From Parvularia atlantis (taxonomy: Eukaryota), in assembly GCA_943704415.1 (NCBI GenBank), contig CALSCO010001406.1, positions 1 to 41,496 on the forward strand: a stretch of 41,496 bases of DNA, in the 5' to 3' direction. Below are positions 1 through 10,309 of this stretch, in pieces. The stretch's first letter is position 1; each line of letters begins with the position of its first letter. Position numbers and translations under genes: made by a program. A model generated the notes under the pieces. The model was not told the origin of the DNA, did not search any database, and worked only from the letters and a program-made list of their open reading frames with translations.

Positions 1-863
1 GGCGGGCGGGTGTCGATCCAAGCCTTGACCTCGGGGATGGACTCGAAGCGCTCGTGGTGCAGCAGCAGCAGCTTGAAGTCCTTAATCTCTTTTACAAACT
101 CCTTGCGCAGATTGTCGACGGCCGTGAAGCCCAAGACGTCCGCGATCGACACCTGGGGCGTCCGTGAGCGACGTCGTGAGGACACACGCGCGTGCACGCA
201 CCCGGTTGCCGACGTAAAAGCCCCGGCCGCCGTCGTTCTTCTCGAGAATGGCGGTGATGTAGCCGAGCCTGCGCCGCGACGTGAGCGTGCGGTATGCGCA
301 CACAGTACGAGCGCGCACCACACGGGCAGGACCTCCTTGCCGAACTTTTGCAGCGTCTCGGCCTGGACGTCCTTGGGGCTCGAGCGGGCGACGGTGTACC
401 TGTGCGCAGACTGAGCGGCTAGTTGGGGAGCACAGAGCGCACGCGCACTTGGTCCAGAGGTCGTTCCATCCCTCCATGATCACGTCGATCTCGGCCTGCT
501 GGTAGACGTCGGCGCCATACAGGCCTGCGTGCGCTGTCAGCACGCATGCGGCGGTGTGCCACGTGTGGGTCGTGCGCACCGTACTCGCCCGCGATGTAGC
601 GGAGGATGGCGTGGCTCTGTGCGATGATGATGCCGTCGACCTCGAGCACGGGCAGCTGCTGAAAGGGCAGGATGCTGCGCGCGCCCTCAGCCGACGCGCC
701 CCATCCCGCGCTGCGCGGGCCGCACCCTTCGGCCTTCATCGCGCCAAACGCGGTCGAGTTGACGCGGACGTCCTCGTACTCTACGCGCGCCGCGGCCAGG
801 GCCAGGCGGATGTACTCGGCGCGGCCTCGGCCGTTGAAGTAGATGAGGCGCAGCTTGTGCTTT

Positions 864-938
<75 letters not shown>

Positions 939-1120
939 TTCTCGCCGGCCGCCCTCACGCGTCTCGCCTTGCCGCCGCTGGTCGCCACGCGGCGCGTGAG
1001 CGGGCGCCCCTCCCCCTCCGCTCCCGTCGACACGCACCGGCGCACGAGCACGAAGAACGCGAGCGCCGCGGTCGCCGCGCCCAGCGCCACGCCCCACAGG
1101 TGCCACCCGGCCCGCAGCAT
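1..1120 (-). CDS. Glutathione S-transferase (sigma/alpha-like) with N-terminal hydrophobic anchor and polyQ linker; 3' end runs off the window
   Basis: Spliced over 5-6 GT-AG introns: LRLIYFNGRGRAEYIRLAL...ILPFQQLPVLEVDGIIIAQSHAILRYIA...GLYGAD...FYVGNRVSIADVLGF...IPEVKAWIDTRP, matching GST N- and C-domain motifs. Confidence 0.9.
866..934 (-). repeat. (CAG)~23 coding polyglutamine tract in GST
   Basis: Pure ctg run on + strand, in frame in the GST first coding region. Confidence 0.95.
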
Positions 1121-1397
1121 CGACCTGACGTCACTCGCCGAAGTGTCACACTACTTGTCCACCGCGTGCCGAGCGTCGATCCCGCGCCGCACTGCGCCGC
1201 GCGCGCGTCAGCCGGTGCTGCCAGCACTCGTTCACGCGGTGCGCGGTCGGCTGCGGCGCGCCGTGCGGCACAGCGGCCCGCGGCGCGCGTTGCCCCTCGC
1301 CATGCTGGCATGTGCGCGCCCCCAGCCACGCTTGTCCACGGCCATCGTGGGGTGTGTGTGATGGCGGGTGAGGGGAGTGCAGTAGCGTGGTGAACGT

Positions 1398-2144
1398 ATG
1401 GGCTTCGTGGCGCGTGGCCGGGGCGGCGGCGGCGGCTTCGGCGGTCGCGGCGGCGGTCGCGGCGGCGGCGGCGGCTTCCGTGGCGGCCGTGGCGGCCGTG
1501 GTGGCGGCGGCGGCGGCTTCCGCGGCGGGTACGAGCAGCAGGGCCCGCCGGCCGAGCTCGTCGGTGCGCCGCCGTCTCTTTCCCCCCACCGACCGACACA
1601 CTGATGCTTCGACGGCGCAGACCTGGGCGTGTTTGTGCACCCGTGCGAGGGCGAGCTCGTGTGCAAGTCGACGCACACCAAGATCCCCTACTTCAACGCG
1701 CCCGTGTTCCTGGGCGGGGCCCCGGCCGACGCGCCCGTGGGCAAGGTCGAGGAGGTGCTCGGCCCGACCAACGAGGTCTACTTCACCGTCAAGCTCGGCC
1801 AGGGCTTCCAGCCCGACTCGTTCAAGCCGGGCGACGTCCTCCGCATCCCAGGCGACAAGCTCCTGCCCCTCGCACGCTTCCTGCCGCAGCCGAAGCAGCC
1901 GCGCGCACCGGGCGCGGCCGGAAAGCGCGGCGGATTCGGCGGCGGACGCGGCGGCGGCGGTCGCGGCGGCTTTGGCGGTCGCGGCGGCGGTGGCGGCGGT
2001 GGCTTCCGCGGCGGATCGGGCGGTGCACGCGGCGGCCCTGGCGGCCGGGGCGGCTTTGGCGGGGGTCGCGGTGGCGGCTTCAGCAGGGGAGGCCGCGGTG
2101 GCGGTGGTGGTGGCGGTGGCTCGCGCGGCCGCGGCGGTCGCTGA
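1398..2144 (+). CDS. GAR1: H/ACA snoRNP subunit GAR1
   Basis: RGG-rich N- and C-termini flanking core [38 protein letters not shown]...GKVEEVLGP...[10 protein letters not shown]; one intron 1564-1620. Confidence 0.96.
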
Positions 2145-2215
2145 GTCCGCGCATGGGGGGAGAAGAAGCAACAAGAAGTGGTCTTTCTCTTTGTCACAAG
2201 TGTGCTCTGTGCTGT

Positions 2216-2415
2216 CTACCGCGTCAGCGACTCCTTCGCCAGCTCCTCCAAGATCACGGGCGCCCGCGCAATGACCTTGAGCAGCAGCCGGTCAATGTAC
2301 TCCTTGAGCGCCGCCACGTCCTGGTCGCGCTCGCGCAGCCGCGTGCGCAGGCCCGTGATCGTCTCGTGCAGCTGCGCGATCTGCGCCTCTTTCGAGTCGT
2401 CCTGCACCGGTGCGT

Positions 2416-2482
<67 letters not shown>

Positions 2483-2968
2483 GGGCCAGGGCGCACCGGC
2501 GACAGCGCCCGTGTCGGTGACCGCAGGTCTGTCATGGCCACTGCGCGGCAGCATGAGACGTGAGGGGCGAGCGACGCCAAACGCACGCATACCGACGAGC
2601 GGCTCGAAGCGGAACGTGAGGCTGCTGACCGTGCGCCCACCCGAGCGCGTCGTGAGCGCGACGTGGCCCTCGCCCACGCCTGCGCAATGCGATGTGAGCC
2701 GCACGCGCAGCTCTGCTCGCCATGCGTGTACCGATGCCGGCCTTGGTCGTGATGAAGAGCTTGTGCGGGCTCACCCAGATCAGCGATGAGAGGCAGTCGA
2801 TGCCGCACACGGTCAGCTCGGTAATGTCGTCGCGCGACACGCCTAAATGGTCGCCGCGGATCGTCACCTGCGTGTCGCCCGTCTCGGGCCCGCTGTTGGG
2901 CGACAGCCCCGTGATGTCGGGCGCGGTCGTCGCGGCGGGCACGCCGTTGGCCGTCACGGGTGTCTCCG

Positions 2969-3032
<64 letters not shown>

Positions 3033-3928
3033 GGGCGGCGGCACATTGACGTAGCCTAGCGATCACGAACGTTGGTGGACTTACAAAACGACGCGCCGAG
3101 CGCACCGTCTGAGGCCGAGCGCGAGACCTCGCGTAGCCGCGCGTCTACGCCGTGCACCACCACAGTCAGCACGCGTGATCATGCGCAAACGCACGCACGC
3201 TGCTTGCTCAGCACCGAGCTCGACGCCGACACGCTCACGGCGCGGCCCCTGCGTCCCAAGCCGATCAGCCGCGCACCGAGCCGCGCCGCGTACCCGCACG
3301 CACGCGGGCGTGTCCTTTGGCGCGATCAGCGTGACGTCGAACGCGAGCTCGACGCCGATGGGCCGCCCTGTGGTTGGCGCCAATGAGCCGCACGACACGG
3401 CGCGTTCGCAGAGCGGCCGCACCCTTCTTGACGAGCGCGAACCAGCTGCGCTCGACGCCGCCGTCCAGCCGCTCATTGGCCACGACGCACGCGCCCAGCA
3501 CGTCGTTCTTGAACGTCTCGCGCGCGACGAGCGACAGCACGAGGTCGTGGCGCAGGGCAGCGCGGTCGGGGATGTCGCTGGCGCGCCCGTCGTGTGAGCG
3601 GCGCAGCACGCGGCAGCGGCAGCGGCACACAAGAACGCCTCCTCGTTCCACTTGGGCGCGGCCTCGCCCGTGACGTGCGCCGTCTTGAACTTGTCCCGCC
3701 CCAGCTCCATCGTCACGAACAGCTCGCGCTCTGCGTCGCGCGAGCCCTGCTCAGTGCGCCCGCCTGCTCTCTCTCGCCGTCGCGTACCGCGCCACTTGTC
3801 CGGCAGCTTGCGCCCCGCGTACACTGCGCGGCGGGCGGGCGGGCGCCCCCGTCAGCCCCACAGCGAGAGGCAGGCGGCAGGCGGGCGGCAGGCGGCGCAC
3901 CGCGAACGCGCAGTGCGTACGGCGCCAT
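2216..3928 (-). CDS. C2 domain + polyQ + IPT/TIG (Sec5-like) + coiled coil/Rab11-FIP RBD protein
   Basis: Spliced frame stays open: MAPYALRVRVYAGRKL...FVTMELGRDKFKTAHVTGEAAPKWNEEAFF (C2); PDITGLSPNSGP...TQVTIRGDHLG...LTVCGIDC...VALTTRSGGR (IPT); LKEYIDRLLLKVIARAPVILE (FIP-RBD-like). Confidence 0.8.
2417..2478 (+). repeat. (AG)31 microsatellite inside the last intron of the C2/IPT/RBD gene
   Basis: Perfect dinucleotide run between a GTGCGC donor and CTAAC...GTGCAG acceptor on the minus strand. Confidence 0.95.
2970..3032 (-). repeat. polyQ (~21) CAG tract
   Basis: ctg run with one ttg interruption, in frame between C2 and IPT domains. Confidence 0.9.
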
Positions 3929-4033
3929 TCGGTGGTTGATGCGCAAGCAAATCGTACGTAGGCGCACGTTCACTCGTGACAAAAAGAGGCCTTGACCGGC
4001 TCGCTCTGGGGCGACGACGGGCGCGAGCTCGCC

Positions 4034-7000
4034 CTAGGACGAGCCTGCGCTCGAGAGGGCGCTGTCGTGGGATGCCGCCTGGGCAATCACGAACGGCGCT
4101 TCCGCTTGCGCCACGCGGTCCACCGCCGCGGCCGGTGCAGCTTGAGAGGTTGCACTGGCGAGCTCGGCAAGCTTGTCGTGCAGCTCGGCAAAGGTCGGGC
4201 GCTTGGACGGGTCGTTGTCCCAGCCCGCACGCATCAGCTTAGCAAGCGCCTCGGGGATCTTGTCGTCGATCGTCGGGCGGAACTGCGCCACAGGGTCAGC
4301 GCGCAGAACGCGGAGCCAACGTGCACCAGAGAACACGCACCAGGCCGAGATCACTCGCGACGAGCCCGGCAAAACGGTGCGGCGGCACATGGTTCTTGTC
4401 CGCGTACGGCGTCGACATCGTCCACACCTCCCACATCGTGATCGCGAAGCTGAACACGTCCGCCGGGAGCGACACGGGCTCGTCGCGCAGCGTCTGCAGA
4501 CAGTCATCATCAGCGAGTGGCCCTCGAGCAAACAGTCGAGCGCACTTCGGGCGCGGCGTAGTGCAGCGTCAGGCCGCCAGGGCGCCGCTTGTAGCCGATC
4601 GTCGTGCCCAGCACCATCGACAGCCCATAGTCGGCGATCTTGACCGTCCAGTTGTCCGTCACCTGCGTCGCACCGGTGAGGCAGCGCCGCGCCACACGCT
4701 GCGCTGTCTCACGAGGATGTTGTCCGGCTTGAGGTCGCTGTGCAGCACCTTGCTCCGGTGCAGGTACGCCATGCCGCTCGCCGCCTGCAGGTCGGACGGA
4801 GTGTGAGACTGCCAACATCCACGAGGCGCCGCGCGCGCACGAACGCACCTGCGCGAGCATGTCGAGGCGGCGCTGCGGCGTGAGCGCGTCGTTGGTCACG
4901 TCCTTGTAGATAACGTCGGCTAGGCTGCCCATCTTGCAATACTCGGCCAGCAGCAGCCATCTGTCACACGCGCGCGTGAGCCACGAGCGAGCACGGCACC
5001 AGCACGCACGCGTCAGTGTCGCCATCCTTGGCCACGCCGAACATGTACACAATGTTTGGATGGTTCAGCCGGCTGCGTGCAAGACGCACACGTCAGCAGC
5101 ACCGCGCGCTCTGCATGGGCGGCGGCGCGCACCTCTGCATCTCGATCTCGCGCAGGAACTGCTGCTCGAGCTTGGCGTTCTTGCGCTGCGGATGGATCTG
5201 CTTGATCACCACCTGCACCGCCAAGCGGTCAGCAGGTGTTCGCACGAGGCAGGCGCGCACGCACCTCGGCGCCGTGGTACGTGCCCAAGAAGACGACGCC
5301 CATGCCGCCCACGCCGAGCTTGCGGATTTTCTTGATGTGCGTCTAGAACGAATGGGGTCAAAAGGCAAACGGCGGGTGAGGCTACCACGCACAGATGGCA
5401 ATGGCAACGGCATGGCTGCAAAGCTTTCTTGCAGATGCTCATCGCTGCGCAGACGCTCGGAGGAAGTGCTCTCGAACGTATCACGATTTGCACTGCCAGA
5501 TAGCATGTGCGGACGTTCATCGTGCTGCTGCGCCTCGGGCATCGCTGCCGGTGGAGCAGGTGCGGGCGGTGCCGGCGCGGGCGGTGCCGGCGCAGGCTCA
5601 ACAGGCGGTGTGGGGGCGGTATCGCGCCGGCGACCGCGACCAAAGAAGTAGAAGAGCAGCACCGCGATGATTGTCGCGATCATGGCGGTGCCAGCGAGGA
5701 GTGTCGTGTCCGGGCCGCTGCTGCTGTCGCCGACACTGATGCCGGGCTGGTTGAACGCGCCCGCAGGGTAAGCCAGCACAGTCGGCTGAGCGAGCACGGC
5801 CGTCGGTGTCGCAGACGCTGTCACTGTCGCCGTCGTGCTTGTCGTGGCAGAGGCGGTCGTTGCAGTGGTGGTCGCGCTGGCCGTGGTCGTCGCTGCCGGC
5901 CCGGGCGTCGCGGCGCTCGTCGTTGTCTTGTGCGCAGTCGCAGTCGTCGAGGCACTCGTGGTGGTCGACTTGGCTGCACTGCTGGTGGACGAAGCCGATG
6001 CAGACGTGATGGCGCGCGTCGTGGTGCTAGCAGGAGCCATGGGAGATGGCATGGGCGCAACGGTGGTGGTGGTTGTCGGCGGCGGTGCGCGCTGAGCGGC
6101 GGCCTCGCGCAGTGCTGCGGCAACGTCGCCGTGGTTGTTCTGTATGGCGCACTCGAGCGCCGTCACGCCATCTGCTCGCATGCAGTCAGCGCCCGCGCCA
6201 TAAGCGCCCGCAGCACACACGCACTGTTGTCCTTTCTGTCGATGAATGCGCCCGCGCTGAGCAGGCTTTTGACGGCCTCGAGCTTGCCCGCGCAGGACGC
6301 ATTGATGAGCGGCGTTGTGCCATCTGGAGCGACTCGTCAGCAGTCGCAAAAAACAATATGCAAGCGTTGTACGCCACCGTTGGCTGCCGTGTTGACTTGC
6401 ACGCCGGCTGCGATGAGCGCATCAATGATGGTATTGTGCCCGGCCCGCGCAGCCACGTGCAATGGTGTGCGCCCCGCTGCGGCCGCGGCGATGTTTGTGG
6501 CGCTCGCACATTCGAGTGAAACGCACCATCGCAAACCTTCTGCACGGGCGCACCCGCGCGCACAAGCGCGTCGACGATCTCCTTGTGACCATGCAGTGAG
6601 GCAAAGTGCAGCGCCGTGGAGCCAACTGCGCGGCGGCGGACCGGTCAGCAAGCCAGCCCAGCACCGCCCGCCACGCACTCTTGTTGGCCTTGTGCACGTC
6701 AGCGCGGGCGCGGATGAGCGCATCGACGGCCTGCGCATGGCCGGAACTCGCCGCGACGAGCAGCGGCGTCAGACCGTCTGCACGAGGCAGAGTTAGCAGG
6801 CCCGCGCATGTGCACATCGTCCAGCAGCTGCGCACTCATGTCCTCCGCCTGCACGTTGGCGCCCGCCGCGATCAGCGCGTCCACGATGTCCTTCTTGCCG
6901 CCCCTCACAGCGATGTGCAGCGCTGTCGCACCATCTGCGACGCACGCGAGTGTGAGCACGCGACCGCACCGCAGGCGTGCACTGACCGTGCGGGTCGGCG

Positions 7001-7593
7001 TAGCGCAGCTCAGCGCCGTTCTCGATGGCCGCGTGAACCTTTGCGATGCTGCCGCTCGCGACGGCTTCGAGCATCTCTATGCGCTGCGTGAGGCTCGCGC
7101 GTCGCACACACGCGAGGCGCGAGGCAGCGCACCTTTGCCGGCGCGGATGCGCACCGCGCCCGCCCTGCGCAGCACGTTGACGACGTTGTGGCGGCCGGCG
7201 AGCGTCGCAATGTCGAGCGGGCTGGCGCCGTCTGCGAATCGGCCGACGGTGAGAGTCACGTCTCGCGTGCGCACGCCGGCCCGCACCCCAGTTAAGGTGG
7301 TTCATGTCGGCGCCCGCGCGCAGCAGCTCCTCCACGGCATCCGCGTGGCCGTTCCACGCCGCGATGAACAGCGCCGTCGTCGTGTCTGCCGCCCGGCCGG
7401 CCGTGAGCCGCGCTGCGCGCCTGCAGGCGCTGCCGCGGACCCTTTCCGTCAACGTATCGGACGTCCGCGCCGGCGTTGACCAGCGCCCGCACGCGCGCCG
7501 TGTCCCCTTGCGCCGCCGCCGCGTGCAGGTCTGGGCCGGGCGCGGGTCAGCGCGGCCCCCTGAGGCGCAGCGCGCGCGGCCCGAACCGGCCAT
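4034..7593 (-). CDS. Ankyrin-repeat, Thr-rich stalk, single-TM, TKL-type protein kinase
   Basis: ~10 ankyrin repeats (e.g. TALFIAAWNGH, TPLLVAASSGH, TPLHVAARAGH), T/A/S-rich stalk, TM LLAGTAMIATIIAVLLFYFF, kinase motifs LGVGGMGVV, VVIK, HSDLKPDNIL, IADYGLS, YAAPE, DVFSFAITMWE. Start ATG 7593 inferred. Confidence 0.85.
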
Positions 7594-7667
7594 CCTGCTG
7601 TGTACGCTTCTGTTTTGCGATCAACATGCAATTCGGCAGCATCCCATGCGCCATGCTCACACAAGGT

Positions 7668-10081
7668 TCACTTGTCCGCGTCGACCTCGTACAGGAAGCC
7701 CGAGCCGCCGAGCAGCTTGCGGTTGTTGCTCGTCGACTGGACAAAGACGCGGTACTTGTCGAGCGAGACCGGGCGCACCTTGGCCTTCTTGTCCGCGCCC
7801 TCGATGCCGAGCAGCTCGCGCGCCTTGTCGCCCGTGAACATGTCGCCCGTGGCCTTGTCCATCAGCACGATCTCCTTGTAGTCCTGGATCACCTCGGCCT
7901 GCGCGATCACGGTGAGCTGCGCGAACGCGAGCACACGAGCACACGACTCGCACAGACCTTGGTAAACTCGTAGAAGCCTTTGCCCTGCTTGAAGATCAGC
8001 CCGTTGGCCTGCGCAAAGTCCTTGATCGGCGTGTCCTTGTCGACCTCGAGCACCTGTGCGGGGCCGCGATCAAGGGCGCGTGGGCAGGGCGAGGCAGCGC
8101 GGTTGGCACACCTGGAAGCGCCCGGGCGGGACGGCGTCGAGCGACGAGGCCGATAAGGTGCCGTCGGCCGAGATCGCGCCGGCGCTGCGGGGTGTGCGGC
8201 GGTCAGCAAGCAAGTGGTCGCGCACGCCGGCCCAGCTACCGGCCGAGCAGCTGGTCAAAGAGGCGGTGCAGCGAGCGCGCGACGGTCGAGCCAACGCTCT
8301 TGAGCTCGGTCTCGTACGCGGCGGCGGCCTCGGGCGAGTACTCGCCGAGGGTGATGGCCATGACAAAGTCCGAGATGTACGAGAACTGGTCGAGATTGAT
8401 GTGCAGGCCGCCCGTGCGCGCCGCGAGCTCCTGCTCGACCGCGCCCCGTGCGTGTCAGCGAGGCGCAACGCACGACGCGAGCCAACGCACGCGGTAGAAC
8501 GGCGTCGCGTGCTTATAGTTGAGCGCCTGCACTGCGTGCACGCGGATGTTCATCTCCTTGAGCTTGTCGGCCTCGACGCGCCTGTTGTGCCCGTGAGCGC
8601 AGCGCCACCCCAGCCGCTGTGGGGCGCACCAGTCGATGTGGTCCGGGTTGCGGTCCTTCGGGTGCGGGTTGTTGTCGCCGATCAGCACCACGCTCTTCTG
8701 GTCCGCGTCGGCCGACCACGCAAACTTCTTGACGTCGCGCAGGACCTGCTCGTAGTTCTCGTCGGCGTCGCCGCCCGACTGCGCCGCCGTCGTCAGCCGC
8801 GTGCGGGCCACGGGGCCGTGCCGCACGCACCGTCGCCGGGGTCTCCTCCACAAACTTGACGAGCGTGGCGATGTCGCGCGTGAAGTCGAGCGGCGTAAGG
8901 GCGCGCGGGCCGTCGCAGTAGTCGCCGTGGGCGATGACGCCGATGCGAATGTCTGGGATGTCGTTGAGCAGGCGCGCGATCGTCGCGCGCAGGTTCTTGC
9001 GCAGCTGGCCGAGGCACGGGTACATGCTGCCACTGCGGGCGCGGGCGTCCGAGACGGCAACGAGCGAAGCGGGAAAGGGCAAGCGGCGCACGTCGTGTCG
9101 AACGAGAACACGATCTCGACCTTGTAGGCCTTGCCGCGCACGGGCACCGCGGCCTCGGCGTGCTCCTGCGCGCGCGTCAGCCGTGAACACGCAGCACGTT
9201 CCGCACGCCCGTCACCATCGGCACTTCGAGATGCTCCGCGGTCGGCGCGGCGGGCGCGGCAGCCGACGCGGCCTCGGCAGCAGCGCTCGCGGCGGGCGGC
9301 GCGGGCTCCGTCTTGGTCTTCTTTTTGGCGTCCGCATCCTCCTCCGCCGCCGCCGCCGCCTTGCCGCGACCGCGCTTCTTGGGCGGCTCGGCGACGGGCA
9401 CGGACACAGGCGCGGGCGCAGCAGCGGCAGCGGCAGCGGCACCGCGACGGGGACGCTTCGCGGCGGGCGCATCGGCATCGGCAGCAGCAGCAGCAGCCGG
9501 AGCAGCAGCCGGAGCAGCAGCAGCAGCAGCAGCGGGGGCCTGCGCGTCGAGCGTGAGAACGAGGCTGAGAATGAACGCATCATCCGGGCGCACGACGTCA
9601 ATGTTGTAGAGGAACAGCGTGCCGGGCTCGAGCATGCGGTTGTGCGACGTGCTCTGCACAAACACGCGGAAGTCCTGCCGCCGGCCGCGCGCGTCAGCCG
9701 CGTCTCTCTCTCGCGTCGACAGCACGCGCAGCACGCGCCGCAGCCACGGCCGGGTCCAGCTTCCACTTCTTGGCGCCGGGCGGGATGCCGAGCAGCTCAC
9801 GCACGCGCGGGCCGCTCACGAGCGCCTTGGACGCCTTCTCGAGCACGACGACCTGCGCGGCGGCATCCCCTGTTGAGCCGCGCGCGCCGTCCCGTCGTGT
9901 GCCAGCGCCGCGCCTGCTTGCCCTCCGAGATGTCCTCGGGCTTCGTCAGCTCGTAGTAGCCTGAGCCGACGGCGAAGCTGAGGCCGAGCGAGCTCACGAG
10001 CGCCTTGATGGACGTGCGCGCGGGCACCTCGACCGTGTTGTGCGGGCGCGTGAGCGCCGCCGCCGTCGCCGTCGAAGCCAT
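7668..10081 (-). CDS. vWA-domain protein flanked by two copies of an uncharacterised domain (FVQSTSxNRxL motif)
   Basis: vWA: VEIVFSFDTTGSMYPCL...IRIGVIAHGDYCD...SGGDADENYE...VVLIGDNNPH; repeats GSGYYELTKPE...FRVFVQSTSHNRML and GKGFYEFTKAE...YRVFVQSTSNNRKL joined in one spliced frame. Confidence 0.8.
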
Positions 10082-10111
10082 TTGCAAGGCAAAACCAACT
10101 CAAAACGCGCA

Positions 10112-10145
10112 ATCCGCCAATCAGCGCACGCTACGTCACACGTCG
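10112..10145. promoter_or_regulatory. CCAAT box (GCCAATCAG, CCAAT 10117-10121) plus ACGTCA motif in divergent promoter
   Basis: Lies in the ~230 bp gap between divergent starts at 10081 (-) and ~10310 (+); matches NF-Y consensus. Confidence 0.5.
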
Positions 10146-10309
10146 CTCGCTCTTCGCGCCGTCGCCGCTTCCGCCGCGCACCGCCTCGCCTCGCGGCCTT
10201 TCCGCACGACCCGCGCACGCGTCCACGCGCCTCGCGACACCGCGGTCGCACCACGAGAAGGCGCAGAGGGCGGAGAGGGCAATTTAGACGAACCAGAGCG
10301 GCGAAAGGC

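Noticed and set aside
843..1361. Poly-Cys, poly-Leu and poly-Ala ORFs
   Set aside because: Alternative frames of CAG tracts.
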